Shown here piece by piece: positions 18,361 to 28,284 of a stretch of DNA of 45,802 nucleotides. This DNA is from a virus (lineage: Duplodnaviria; Caudoviricetes): the IMG/VR virus record IMGVR_UViG_3300030104_004308, positions 1 through 45,802 of that record. The stretch is one strand, 5' to 3'. Below the pieces are notes generated by a model. The model saw nothing but the letters and a program-made list of their open reading frames with translations, had not been told where the DNA came from and searched no databases. Position numbers and translations under genes: made by a program. Within the stretch, counting starts at the first letter, position 1, and each line of letters opens with the position of its first letter.

Positions 18361-19395
18361 CTACCTCGCCGTGGCTACATCGCCATTTGTCGAAACGATG
18401 GGTTGACCGAAGGCCATATATGTATATGAATTACCTGATGTATTTACATCATCATTAGTATCTATAATTTTAAATCCATTAGCATATATATTCATGTAAT
18501 CATTAGTAAATTCTGCATCAGTAGCGTTGGCTAATAATTGTTGGTTGTCAGGATTGTAACCAATTCTTTTATCATCCATTATAATCCAACCTTTACCAGA
18601 CTGTTCTCTTTTTATCATAACCCAAGCTGGTTTAAAGCCACAATAAACATAAGGACCATCAGCATTTCCATTTCCAATATATTGTCTGCCAATTTTACTA
18701 AATCCTTTTTTTTCTGCAAAACAATAAGCAATCATAGCACTTGCAGAATTTACTGGTCCAGTAGTTCCAATACTAAATACATTTGCATCTGGTGCTGTGC
18801 TTTGCCAATAAGTTGAACCACTTTGTGAACCAGAAGTTTCATTTAAGAAAAAATAAGATCCCCATCCAATACTATCAGTACCAACAGCCCACTCTTGTGC
18901 TGATGCTAAAGGTTTAGTTATAACTAATCTTGGTGCAACTCCAAGTCCATGACCTACTGTTGCATTTGAACCTGTGCCTGTGTAACTTACTATTGAAAAT
19001 CCACTTGTTGTATCAACAGAAACTGTTGAGCTAATTGTACCATTTCCATTGGCTGAACCTGAACCATTAGCTTTAAAATTCCAAGATACCATAGTCTGTC
19101 CTGATTGATTCACTTTATAATCAGAAGCATCAGAACCAAGAGTAAATCCATCAGTGTCAAATGCAGTTAAAGTATCTGCATCTGTTTGTTCTGTATCAGT
19201 AGAATTAGTTTGTATAAGTTTTGTTGCTCCTCTTACTGCATCACAAAGTCTATGTGCACCAGTGCCATCTCTACGTTTTAGCCAAACTAAATCAGGTTGA
19301 AACCCGACGCCTGTAATAGCATTAGTTGCACCTGTACCTGTATAAAGTATAGGGTTCATATAAGATGTTGATTTTGAAATTGTTGAATAAGCCAT
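18361..19395 (-). CDS. Cassette 3 gene C: beta-rich tail/receptor-binding partner protein
   Basis: LYTGTG...ITGVGFQPDLVWLK, GHGLGVAP, GFKPAWVMIK, YMAF; paralog of 21615-22661 and 25064-26134. Confidence 0.7.
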   Translation of the reverse strand: MAYSTISKSTSYMNPILYTGTGATNAITGVGFQPDLVWLKRRDGTGAHRLCDAVRGATKLIQTNSTDTEQTDADTLTAFDTDGFTLGSDASDYKVNQSGQTMVSWNFKANGSGSANGNGTISSTVSVDTTSGFSIVSYTGTGSNATVGHGLGVAPRLVITKPLASAQEWAVGTDSIGWGSYFFLNETSGSQSGSTYWQSTAPDANVFSIGTTGPVNSASAMIAYCFAEKKGFSKIGRQYIGNGNADGPYVYCGFKPAWVMIKREQSGKGWIIMDDKRIGYNPDNQQLLANATDAEFTNDYMNIYANGFKIIDTNDDVNTSGNSYTYMAFGQPIVSTNGDVATAR

Positions 19396-20705
19396 TATAC
19401 GTTTAATCCTTTTGTTGTTAGGGGTTGATATCCAGTAGGTACATCGTATTCAAATGTTCCCGGTGTTGAAGCTGATGTGCCTGCTGATGTTACTGCCGTA
19501 GTTGCAAAGTAACCATTTCCAAAATTACAATTCCACACAGTACCAGCATAACTTGATAAAGCAAAGGTATAAGTTGTATTTGCTGTTAAACTTAAAGCTC
19601 CTGTTCCGCTAGCACCGCTTGTAGGATCACCACTTTCTTGCCAAGTACCATTTTTACTAAAATAAATTTTAGAGTTGTCTAAATCCATAGCTACACCAAT
19701 AATATCATTATTCACATAACTAGTTCCGTAAGATGCACCACCATTAGATGCCGTGCCATTATTTTGATAACCTTGTCCTGTACTGTCTTGACCAATGTAC
19801 CATGAACTTGAAGAATTTTGTTTTTGATTATCTATATCTACTGCACCTATAATGCAATTACTTCCACTTGATATTAATTTAGCTTCAAAATAATATTTTC
19901 CACTTGAATCACCTAGTGTAGGTAATATAGTTTTCCAAGCACTTCCACTACCTCCGTTTGCAGTTGTGGCCCCATTTGTGTTAGCTTGCCACTGATTTGC
20001 AAAATGATATGTTTGATTAGTTAAAACACCAAAGTTGTTAGATGGACAATCTAAAGTTGGTGTACCACTTCCTGACATTGTAAGATCATTTGTATTACCT
20101 GATGTATCATCTCCTAAAGCAGATGTATCTTCAAAAGTAAGTTTAAAACCAGTACTACCGTAAGTTACTGAAGGATCGGCATTTGGCTTCCACTCGCCCG
20201 ACGTAGAATCTGTAGATCCAAAAGTAGAGGCCGCGTATTGAGTACCATCTATATATATAACTTGAGACATTAAACCATCAAAATAATTATCACTATTGCC
20301 ACTTTGACCAACGTAACAAGTTGTTCTAGTAACAAAATCTGTATTTATTGCTCCATAATCTACAGATGAAAAAGAAGTAATTTGTTCTCCATTAACATAC
20401 ATTTTAATTCTATCAGTAGATACTGCTTGAGTTGAATCTACTGCAATTACAACATGGTACCAACTTGAATTATCTTTATAAAGAGCTGTTGTTTTTGTAT
20501 CTGCTTCTGTACTTCCATCATATGCTTGCTTTATACATAATTTACCACTTTCAAAAAACATTCTAACATATCTTACAGAGCTTTCTGCAAATGATAAGAA
20601 AGCACCATTAAATGCAGATGATGCTGGTTTTAACCAAGCCGAAAGTGTAAAAATGTTTTGATTTGCTGCGTTGTCTGCTGCTTTTGTTAAATATGTTGAA
20701 GCCAT
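19395..20705 (-). CDS. Cassette 3 gene B: concanavalin A/LamG-like plus SPRY-like domain protein
   Basis: FTLSAWLK, WYHVVIA, KMYVNG (LamG); GKYYFE, IIGVAMDLDNSKIYFSKNG, NFGNG (SPRY). Confidence 0.75.
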   Translation of the reverse strand: MASTYLTKAADNAANQNIFTLSAWLKPASSAFNGAFLSFAESSVRYVRMFFESGKLCIKQAYDGSTEADTKTTALYKDNSSWYHVVIAVDSTQAVSTDRIKMYVNGEQITSFSSVDYGAINTDFVTRTTCYVGQSGNSDNYFDGLMSQVIYIDGTQYAASTFGSTDSTSGEWKPNADPSVTYGSTGFKLTFEDTSALGDDTSGNTNDLTMSGSGTPTLDCPSNNFGVLTNQTYHFANQWQANTNGATTANGGSGSAWKTILPTLGDSSGKYYFEAKLISSGSNCIIGAVDIDNQKQNSSSSWYIGQDSTGQGYQNNGTASNGGASYGTSYVNNDIIGVAMDLDNSKIYFSKNGTWQESGDPTSGASGTGALSLTANTTYTFALSSYAGTVWNCNFGNGYFATTAVTSAGTSASTPGTFEYDVPTGYQPLTTKGLNV

Positions 20706-20714
20706 AGTATATTC

Positions 20715-21611
20715 CTAGTTAAATTGCATTCCGTTTGATAAGCCATAAGAGCTAGTTAAAGTAAACTCTCTGTCCGTTGTTTGCGCTTGTGCGTCCGTCG
20801 CTCGAAGAGTGAACGTGTACGTTTGTGCAGTTGTTGCGGCGCCACCAAAGTCTGTAGTTGTTATCACACCTGTACTTGAATTTAAAGCACAATTTGCTAA
20901 AGACGCGTTTGTTAATACGTTTGTTACTTCACTGTAAGCAATAGTATCACCAGTTGCTGCTACGGTTGCAACTGTTCCTGAAAAATTACCAGCTACTGTA
21001 CCTAAAGATCCAGCTGAAGTTGTCCATACCGGAGCTGCTGATGTAGATAATTGACTTGTTGATCTAACAGATTGTCCGTTAGGATTAGTTATAATAATAA
21101 AATAATTTGTACCGTTAACTAAACCTGTTCCCGTTCCTACTGTTAATTGAGTAGCACTATCAAATTGTACTGTTGCTGCGTGTTGAATAGATCCATCTGT
21201 GTTAGATTGAAACTCAACTCTAGGTGTAGAAACATAATTAGTTCCTGTTATTACAATAGATGTATTAACTCCACCTTCAGCTGTAGTAGGTGTAAAGCTA
21301 GAAATTGTTGGAGCAGTAGCTGCATCATTTACTTGTGCAAAAGATAAGTTACCTGAACCATCTGTTTTTAAAAAATAACCATCAGTAATAGATTGTGGAA
21401 AAGTTAAAGTGTAACTTTGAGCGGCTGAATGGGGCGGACTTTTCAGTTTAATTCCGTGGGAATTCTGCGAACAATTTAATTGTAAGTATCCGTCAGTTGT
21501 ACCATCACCTTTGACTGTAGCGCCAGGTGTACTAGAAGTAGATATTAAATCTAGTTTAACTGTTGTGACGTTTGCGTCTGTTATCCCTGGTGTTTTTATT
21601 TTTGTTGTCAT
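20715..21611 (-). CDS. Cassette 3 gene A: fibre/adaptor with IPT/TIG and Ig-like domains
   Basis: DANVTTVKL, LKTDGSGNLSF fibre motif, PTISSFTP...ITGTNY, YTFTLRATD, ends QFN. Confidence 0.7.
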   Translation of the reverse strand: MTTKIKTPGITDANVTTVKLDLISTSSTPGATVKGDGTTDGYLQLNCSQNSHGIKLKSPPHSAAQSYTLTFPQSITDGYFLKTDGSGNLSFAQVNDAATAPTISSFTPTTAEGGVNTSIVITGTNYVSTPRVEFQSNTDGSIQHAATVQFDSATQLTVGTGTGLVNGTNYFIIITNPNGQSVRSTSQLSTSAAPVWTTSAGSLGTVAGNFSGTVATVAATGDTIAYSEVTNVLTNASLANCALNSSTGVITTTDFGGAATTAQTYTFTLRATDAQAQTTDREFTLTSSYGLSNGMQFN

Positions 21612-21614
21612 AAT

Positions 21615-22661
21615 CTATCTTGCGTTTGCTGCTATATTATTTGAGCCAACCAGAGGTGCTTCTGCAAATGCCATGTAGATCTGGCTTACACCTGATTGAT
21701 TAAATATGCTGTCGGCATTTCTTACTTTAAAACCATTAGATAAAAAATCACAATTAACTAAATTTGTTAATTCAGCACTATTACTATCAGCTTTTATCCA
21801 AGCTGAACTTCCATTATAACCTAATCTTTTATTATCATTCATAAACCAATGTTGGCTACCAGTATCAGCATTTTTTCCAAGAATAAAAGCTGGTTTAAAT
21901 CCTGTGTAAACAAATGGTCCATCAGCATTTCCGTTTCCAATATAGCTTCCGTAAGATGAAAATCCAGTTATAGGGGCAAAAGCATACATTATGTAAGTTT
22001 GACCACTAGCATTAGTAGGTGCAGAATTTCCAAGCGAAATAGTAGAACTTGTTGGTGCGGCTCCACCCCAAACGGATGGACTATTAGTTGATTGTGCATC
22101 AGCAGTATCTAAATATACTTTATAATCCCAAGATGTTAAACCTGAACTTCCTACATACCATGATTCAGCACCACTTGTTTTTTTCGTTATTAAAAATGTA
22201 GGAGCAACACCTAAACCATGACCAATCGTTGCACCATCGGACCCATTCCCCGTGTACTGAATTATAGAAACTCCTGATGTTGTATTAGCTGATGTGTAAG
22301 TAGTTGTTATTGAACCGTCTCCATTTGAAGAACCTTGACCATTAGCTTTCCAGTTCCAAGATACGTAAGTAGCACTATTATCATTAATTACTGACCAATC
22401 TCCAATAGTAAAACCATCCGAATCAAATGCAGTTAAACCATTAGATGCTGTATCTTCGTAATCACTCTTGTTAGGTCTTATTTCTTTTGTAACACCTCTT
22501 ACGGCATCAAATAGTGCATGGTCTGTAGCAGCACTTCTACTTTTAAACCACACCATATCAGGTTGAAAACCTATTCCTGTTTGTGCGTTAGATGAACCTG
22601 TACCTGTGTAAAGTTTAGTATTAAAATAATCTGTACTCTTATTTACTGTTGTAAATGCCAT
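21615..22661 (-). CDS. Cassette 2 gene C: beta-rich tail/receptor-binding partner protein
   Basis: YFNTKLYTGTG, GFQPDMVWFK, GHGLGVAP, YMAFAEAP. Confidence 0.7.
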   Translation of the reverse strand: MAFTTVNKSTDYFNTKLYTGTGSSNAQTGIGFQPDMVWFKSRSAATDHALFDAVRGVTKEIRPNKSDYEDTASNGLTAFDSDGFTIGDWSVINDNSATYVSWNWKANGQGSSNGDGSITTTYTSANTTSGVSIIQYTGNGSDGATIGHGLGVAPTFLITKKTSGAESWYVGSSGLTSWDYKVYLDTADAQSTNSPSVWGGAAPTSSTISLGNSAPTNASGQTYIMYAFAPITGFSSYGSYIGNGNADGPFVYTGFKPAFILGKNADTGSQHWFMNDNKRLGYNGSSAWIKADSNSAELTNLVNCDFLSNGFKVRNADSIFNQSGVSQIYMAFAEAPLVGSNNIAANAR

Positions 22662-23995
22662 TATTCGTTTAATCCTTTAGTTGATAGAGCTGTGTAGCCT
22701 GTTGGTACATCATACTCAAATTTACCGATACCTGATGCGTTAGTTCCTTCTGAAGATATTTGAGTGGTTCCAAAATATCCGTTGCCAAAATTTACTTCAT
22801 AAGTACCATTAGCTGAATCGTTATCGTCCCAATACCCTACTGCTGGGAAATAACTACCTAGTGATGTAGAAGCTGGTGCAGTTATTGTGTAAGCACCTGT
22901 GCTTGTTGTTGGGTCTGCTGAATTTTGCCAAGTGCCATTTTTACTAACAAATAATCTATTATTATCTAAATCCATTCCAATACCTATAATATCGCCAGCC
23001 GTATAAGTATCATAACCTGTACTGACACTTCCACCATTATAATTTAAACTACCTTGGGAATAATACATATATTCATTAGCATTTGATGTTATAAATTGAG
23101 TAGATGCTGTTGCTTGTGTTCCAACAATTCCAAGAGTTCCATAAGTAGATGCTAAAGAATTTACTTTTATTTCCCAATAATATTTACCGGAAGATGCTCC
23201 TATAGTTCCCATTACTGGTGCCGATTCTTTAGTTGTAATTTTTAAATTTCCATTACTAAATGTTGCTTCCGGATAATAATTATTTATAAAATTTAAAGTA
23301 GCAAAAACATTACTAGGATTATCTTCAGTATTAGTTAGTGTACCACTCTCTAACGTAAAGTTATTAGCATTACCTGATTCATCTGTTACTGAACCACTAT
23401 TTTTTAAAATAAAGAAACCGTTGTTTCCATACGTAACCGTAGGACTTGTGTTGATCTCCCATTGTCCAGTCGTTGCATCCGTCGACCCAAAGGTTGAAGC
23501 ATCATAAGCCGTACCATCTATAAAATGTGCATGAGTTATTATACCAGTGAATGGGTCATTTGTAGTTCCAGGGGTACTTACTCCAAAACAAAAATTAAAA
23601 TCTGTAGTTCCAAAACCAAAATTAGTATCTTGAGCGGGATAACCTGGAGTATTAAGATCACCATCAGCAATTTGTTCTCCATTAATATATAATTTTAATC
23701 TGTCTATATTTGTTGATTGAGTTGTGTCTCCAGCTATAACAATATTGTACCATCCGCTCGTATCGCGGAATAATCTTTTTGTATTTATTAATCCTGCTGC
23801 ACTTCCACTAATAGAACCAACCCATCTTAATTCATCATCAGAATCAAATCTAAATTGAAATTCATTAGAACCATTATGGATTGAAGTAAAAAAGTTTTCT
23901 TGTGTGCTTAATTTACCTCTTTTTAACCAACAAGAAAAAGTAAATTTTTTTCTATCTGTTGCTGTTACCTGTGCTTTTGTTAAACTTACTGCCAT
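22661..23995 (-). CDS. Cassette 2 gene B: LamG-like plus SPRY-like domain protein
   Basis: FTFSCWLKR, WYNIVIA, KLYING; GKYYWE, GDIIGIGMDLD, NFGNG. Confidence 0.75.
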   Translation of the reverse strand: MAVSLTKAQVTATDRKKFTFSCWLKRGKLSTQENFFTSIHNGSNEFQFRFDSDDELRWVGSISGSAAGLINTKRLFRDTSGWYNIVIAGDTTQSTNIDRLKLYINGEQIADGDLNTPGYPAQDTNFGFGTTDFNFCFGVSTPGTTNDPFTGIITHAHFIDGTAYDASTFGSTDATTGQWEINTSPTVTYGNNGFFILKNSGSVTDESGNANNFTLESGTLTNTEDNPSNVFATLNFINNYYPEATFSNGNLKITTKESAPVMGTIGASSGKYYWEIKVNSLASTYGTLGIVGTQATASTQFITSNANEYMYYSQGSLNYNGGSVSTGYDTYTAGDIIGIGMDLDNNRLFVSKNGTWQNSADPTTSTGAYTITAPASTSLGSYFPAVGYWDDNDSANGTYEVNFGNGYFGTTQISSEGTNASGIGKFEYDVPTGYTALSTKGLNE

Positions 23996-25060
23996 CTAGT
24001 TGAACTGTCCGCCTCCCGTCGCCCCGTAAGAGCTTGTTAATGTAAATGCTCTATCAGCAGTCTGGCCTTGTGCATCCGTCGCTCGAAGTGTAAACGAGTA
24101 GGTCGTCGGACTTGTAGCTGAACCACCGAAGTTAGTAGTTGTTATCACACCTGTTGATGAATTTAAAGTACAATTTGCTTGTGCTGCGTTAGTTAAAACA
24201 CTTGTTGTTTCAGAATATACAATTGTATCTCCTGTTGCAGCGACTGTTGCTACTGTTCCATTAAATCCTCCAGCAATAGTTCCAAGAGAACCAGCGCTAG
24301 TTGACCATGCAGGTGCATCAGAAATAGTTAGAACTGCTGTAGAAGATCTTACAGCTAGTCCGTCTGTGTTTTCAATCCTAACATAATACGTGCCGTCCGT
24401 AGTTAAAGTTCCTACAGCCGTAATTTGTGTTGAAGAATCTCTAGTTACAGAATCAGCAGGTACAATTGCTCCTGTTGAAGCTACAAAATCTACTTGTACT
24501 CCATCATTAAAATTAGTTCCTACAATAGTAAAAGTTGTTGCGTCGTTTGTTGATATACTAGGAGAAATAGAAGTAAAAGTTGGAAAACCTAAAACCGCTT
24601 GTACATTTATAGATCCACCCAACGCAACTGATGAACTGTTAATAGTAATCGCACCACTTCCTGTTAATGCAGAGTTTGGAACTGGTGTACTTAATTTAGC
24701 TTCTGTAACTGCTCCATCATTTATCTTTGCTGTTGTTACAGCTGAATCTGCTAATTTTCCTGTAGATACTGTACCATCGCCTGGTGTTGAAATTAATCCA
24801 AAACCATTATGAATAATAAAATCATTTGTCTGTGAAGAAGACATTGAACTTGTAAAGGTAATTGTTGAACCATCTATGCTGAACGTGGCTGGTGATTGAA
24901 TAACACCATCAACTGAAATAATTAAAGCGGCTTCAGATACAGGTACAAAAGCTGTAGAGTCTTGAGTTAAGTTATAAGGTCCAACTGAATTAGTGAACGT
25001 AATAACATCAAGAACTGATGCGTTTGATATATCTCCTGTTCCTCGTCCGATATAAGCCAT
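23996..25060 (-). CDS. Cassette 2 gene A: fibre/adaptor with IPT/TIG and Ig-like domains
   Basis: MAYIG start, VDGVIQSP, three D..V...K[LI] repeats, PTFTSISP, YSFTLRATD, ends QFN. Confidence 0.7.
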   Translation of the reverse strand: MAYIGRGTGDISNASVLDVITFTNSVGPYNLTQDSTAFVPVSEAALIISVDGVIQSPATFSIDGSTITFTSSMSSSQTNDFIIHNGFGLISTPGDGTVSTGKLADSAVTTAKINDGAVTEAKLSTPVPNSALTGSGAITINSSSVALGGSINVQAVLGFPTFTSISPSISTNDATTFTIVGTNFNDGVQVDFVASTGAIVPADSVTRDSSTQITAVGTLTTDGTYYVRIENTDGLAVRSSTAVLTISDAPAWSTSAGSLGTIAGGFNGTVATVAATGDTIVYSETTSVLTNAAQANCTLNSSTGVITTTNFGGSATSPTTYSFTLRATDAQGQTADRAFTLTSSYGATGGGQFN

Positions 25061-25063
25061 ATA

Positions 25064-26134
25064 TTATCTTGCCGTTGTTGGCAGTCCTCCATCTACGTTT
25101 GCTACAAAAGGTGCTTCTGCAAAGGCCATGTAACAATATGTTTCACCATCGGTATTCATACTTGTATCAGTATTATTAATTTTAAAACCATTACTATATA
25201 GACTCATTGCTACAGTTGCAGAAGTTCCTTCTGCAGACGTATTATTAGCAGTTAAATAATAGTTTTTAGTATTAAATCCAATTCTTTTAGTATCCATGAT
25301 ATACCAAGATTCTGAACCCTGGCTTTTAATCATAACAAAATTTGGTTTAAAACCTGTGTTAATAAAAGGACCATCAGATACTCCCGTACCTTCGTAGTTT
25401 CCTATTTTTGAATAACCCTTTATTGAACGAAAACAATAAGCTAGTACTGTTTGAGTACTTCCACTTAAAAAAGCACTTCCATTAGTATACCATACTGTTG
25501 ATGTAGGCTCTGTTCCACCAGCTTTAAACATTCTTCCTGAACCACTACTTGAATCTCCACTATTATAAAAAGCATTACTTAAGTTAAGTACAAAATAACC
25601 ATTCCAACTTAAACCAAAACCACCTACAATCCAATTGCTTGTACCAGTACTAGTTTGTTTCATAAAAATTGCTTCAGGTGCTGCACCTAAACCATGACCT
25701 ACTGATATTGCGGATTGCGTGCATTCAAATTGAACAAGACTAAAACCAGCTGTTGTATTAGCAGATACAGTTACACTATTTGCACTTCCATCTGAATTAG
25801 CTGAACCTGTTCCGTTTGCTTTCCAATTCCAACCAACATAAGTGGAGCCACTACCATTAAAACCAGTATCTGTATTAACTGTAAATCCATCAGAATCAAA
25901 AGATGTCATACCAGCTGCAGATGTTTGTGCCGCAGCACTCGAATCTGATTGGAGAATTGTAGTTGAACCTTGTATTGCATTGGTTAAAAAATAATTTTCT
26001 GTACCACTTCTTTGTTTAACCCAACAAAAATCAGGTTGAAATCCAACTCCTGTTATAGAATTAGAACTACCTGTTCCTGTCCATAATTTAGTATTGAAAT
26101 AATCTGTTGGTTTTATAATTGCGCTGTATGCCAT
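25064..26134 (-). CDS. Cassette 1 gene C: beta-rich tail/receptor-binding partner protein
   Basis: YFNTKLWTGTG, GFQPDFCWVK, GHGLGAAP, YMAFAEAP. Confidence 0.7.
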   Translation of the reverse strand: MAYSAIIKPTDYFNTKLWTGTGSSNSITGVGFQPDFCWVKQRSGTENYFLTNAIQGSTTILQSDSSAAAQTSAAGMTSFDSDGFTVNTDTGFNGSGSTYVGWNWKANGTGSANSDGSANSVTVSANTTAGFSLVQFECTQSAISVGHGLGAAPEAIFMKQTSTGTSNWIVGGFGLSWNGYFVLNLSNAFYNSGDSSSGSGRMFKAGGTEPTSTVWYTNGSAFLSGSTQTVLAYCFRSIKGYSKIGNYEGTGVSDGPFINTGFKPNFVMIKSQGSESWYIMDTKRIGFNTKNYYLTANNTSAEGTSATVAMSLYSNGFKINNTDTSMNTDGETYCYMAFAEAPFVANVDGGLPTTAR

Positions 26135-26143
26135 AGTTTCTCC

Positions 26144-27484
26144 TTATCCGTAAGTGTTTAAATTTTTAGTGCAAATTGTATAATATCCTGTTGGAACTGC
26201 GTATTCCATTAATCCATGTCCTGCTGCGTCTGCGTTAGATGAAGCCACCGCCGTTGTTCCAAAAAAGCCATTACCAAAATTCCAATTAAATGTTGCATTA
26301 GGTGAATCATAAAAACCAGCTACAGGTGAGTAACCCCCTTGTGATGTAGTATTAGCAGCATTAATTGAATATCCATTTGTTCCGGCACTTGGATCACCAC
26401 TACCCATCCATACACCATTTTTAGACCAATAAATTTTACTATTATCACAATCTAAAGCTACACCAATAATATCTCCAGCAGTGTAAGCACTTCCATAACT
26501 GGTCGTTGCACCAACTCCATAAACCTGACCATCAGTAGCATATATCGTATATCCACCATTTAATTGTGCTGGACTGTTAGTTGATGTTACACTTTTTCCT
26601 TGAATACCAATCATATACTCATCACCACCACCTGTTTTAGAAACTACTTTACATTCCCAATACCATTTGCCTGTGTCTAAAAACGTTGACATTTGTTGAT
26701 ATGAATAATTACCGCCTGTTGTAACTGTGGTAAGACCATTTTGAAATGTATATGCAGTATAATGATTATCTAATACATTGGGTCTAACAAAAAGATTAGA
26801 AGGATTATCTTGGGCTAATGTTGGTGTCCCATTAGAAGTAAATGTATTGTTATTTCCAGAAGAATCTGTAGTAGGACTTGCTGTGTCCATTTTTAAAAGA
26901 AAACCATTATTTCCCCAAGTTACACTTGGAACAGTCTTGATCTTCCAGATCCCGCTTGACGAATCCGTTTCCCCAAAGTAACTTGCATCATAAGCTGTAC
27001 CATCAACAAAAGCTACATAACCCATTAATCCTGTAAATGGATCATTTGTACCTGAAGGTGAACTTGTACCTATAACAAAACTATAACTTGCAGTACCAAA
27101 AGCAAAGTTATTATTTTGCGGAGGATAGGTATCAGTAGCAAAACCATTATTAGCAGAATCTATTTGAGAACCATTTATGTAGAGCTTTAACCTGTCTGCT
27201 GCAACTGCTTGTGTTGTGTCTCCAGCTATTACTATATTATAAAAAGCCCCTACATCAGTCCACAATCCTGTAGTTTTTAATTCTCCTTCTGTAGTAGTAG
27301 GATAATTAAGAAAGTATAGTTGATCATCACCATTAAATTGTAGTTGTATTTCATCAGAACCAGAAAGATGAGAACCAAAAATGTTTTCTTGAGTTCCTAC
27401 AACTCCTCTTTTAACCCACATAGACAAAGTAAATTTTTGTCTGTTAGTTGCTGTTGTTTGTGTTCTTGTAAATCTTACTGCCAT
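26144..27484 (-). CDS. Cassette 1 gene B: LamG-like plus SPRY-like domain protein
   Basis: FTLSMWVKR, FYNIVIA, KLYING; GKWYWE, GDIIGVALD, NFGNG. Confidence 0.75.
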   Translation of the reverse strand: MAVRFTRTQTTATNRQKFTLSMWVKRGVVGTQENIFGSHLSGSDEIQLQFNGDDQLYFLNYPTTTEGELKTTGLWTDVGAFYNIVIAGDTTQAVAADRLKLYINGSQIDSANNGFATDTYPPQNNNFAFGTASYSFVIGTSSPSGTNDPFTGLMGYVAFVDGTAYDASYFGETDSSSGIWKIKTVPSVTWGNNGFLLKMDTASPTTDSSGNNNTFTSNGTPTLAQDNPSNLFVRPNVLDNHYTAYTFQNGLTTVTTGGNYSYQQMSTFLDTGKWYWECKVVSKTGGGDEYMIGIQGKSVTSTNSPAQLNGGYTIYATDGQVYGVGATTSYGSAYTAGDIIGVALDCDNSKIYWSKNGVWMGSGDPSAGTNGYSINAANTTSQGGYSPVAGFYDSPNATFNWNFGNGFFGTTAVASSNADAAGHGLMEYAVPTGYYTICTKNLNTYG

Positions 27485-27493
27485 AATTTTATC

Positions 27494-28276
27494 CTAGTTA
27501 AACTGTGTTGATCCTTCCGCGCCTACAGTAATCGTCATAGTAAACGCTCTGTCAGCCGTTTGCGATTCTGCATCCGTCGCGCGAATCGTAAACGAATATT
27601 GAGTAGTTGACGTCGCTCCACTCTCTGTACCTGATATCACACCTGTAGATGTATTTAAAGATAAACCTCCAGGGAATGTACCACTTGTTTTAGAGTATGT
27701 AATTGGTGCATCTCCTGTTGCTGTAACAGTAGATGAAATAGATGAAGCTGCTGAAAAAGTTCCAAGAGTACCAGCACCAGTTGACCATGCAGGGCCATCA
27801 GAAACTGTTAATACTGATCCAGAAGAAATTGCTTCTCCATCTGGGTTTTGAATAAAAATACTGTATGTACCATCAATAGAAATTGTAAAAGTTGCCGTTA
27901 AACTAGTAGCAGAAGTAAAAGCCACGGATGAGGCCGTAATTCTTGCTCCGCTAGTAGTGTTAACTGCTTCAACTAAAGGAATAGATACAAATCCTGTTCC
28001 TGTAATTGTAATACTTGAAGCTGTGTTGTCAATAACCGAAGGACTAATAGAAGTAAATGCTGGACCTGTTTCTGTTGTAGTAATACTACCTGAAGATCCT
28101 AATGCAACAGTAACTGAATTATATGTAACTGAATCATTTTGCAACGCAGCATTTTGTATAGTCAATAATTTATCATTACTGATGCTACCTGCTAACTTCG
28201 CATTAGTTACTATTCCATCTGCAATATCAGCTGCTGTAAGAGCTTGAGATGCAGGCCTGTTGCCAATATATGCCAT
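27494..28276 (-). CDS. Cassette 1 gene A: fibre/adaptor with IPT/TIG and putative Ig (He_PIG-like) domains
   Basis: MAYIGNRP, DGIVTNAKL, PAFTSISP, PGGLSLNTSTGVISGT, YSFTIRATD, ends QFN. Confidence 0.7.
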   Translation of the reverse strand: MAYIGNRPASQALTAADIADGIVTNAKLAGSISNDKLLTIQNAALQNDSVTYNSVTVALGSSGSITTTETGPAFTSISPSVIDNTASSITITGTGFVSIPLVEAVNTTSGARITASSVAFTSATSLTATFTISIDGTYSIFIQNPDGEAISSGSVLTVSDGPAWSTGAGTLGTFSAASSISSTVTATGDAPITYSKTSGTFPGGLSLNTSTGVISGTESGATSTTQYSFTIRATDAESQTADRAFTMTITVGAEGSTQFN

Positions 28277-28284
28277 ATCTGTCC

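Larger units (their letters stand above)
18361..28276 (-). repeat. Three tandem paralogous three-gene cassettes (Ig-domain fibre, LamG/SPRY lectin, beta-rich partner)
   Basis: Cassettes 25064-28276, 21615-25060, 18361-21611; same gene order; C-termini QFN, K[NG]LN.., AR shared. Confidence 0.9.

Noticed and set aside
18361-28276. Diversity-generating retroelement or invertase shufflon acting on the fibre cassettes
   Set aside because: No reverse transcriptase or recombinase in the window, no near-identical template/variable repeat pair with adenine-specific differences seen, and all cassettes are co-oriented.
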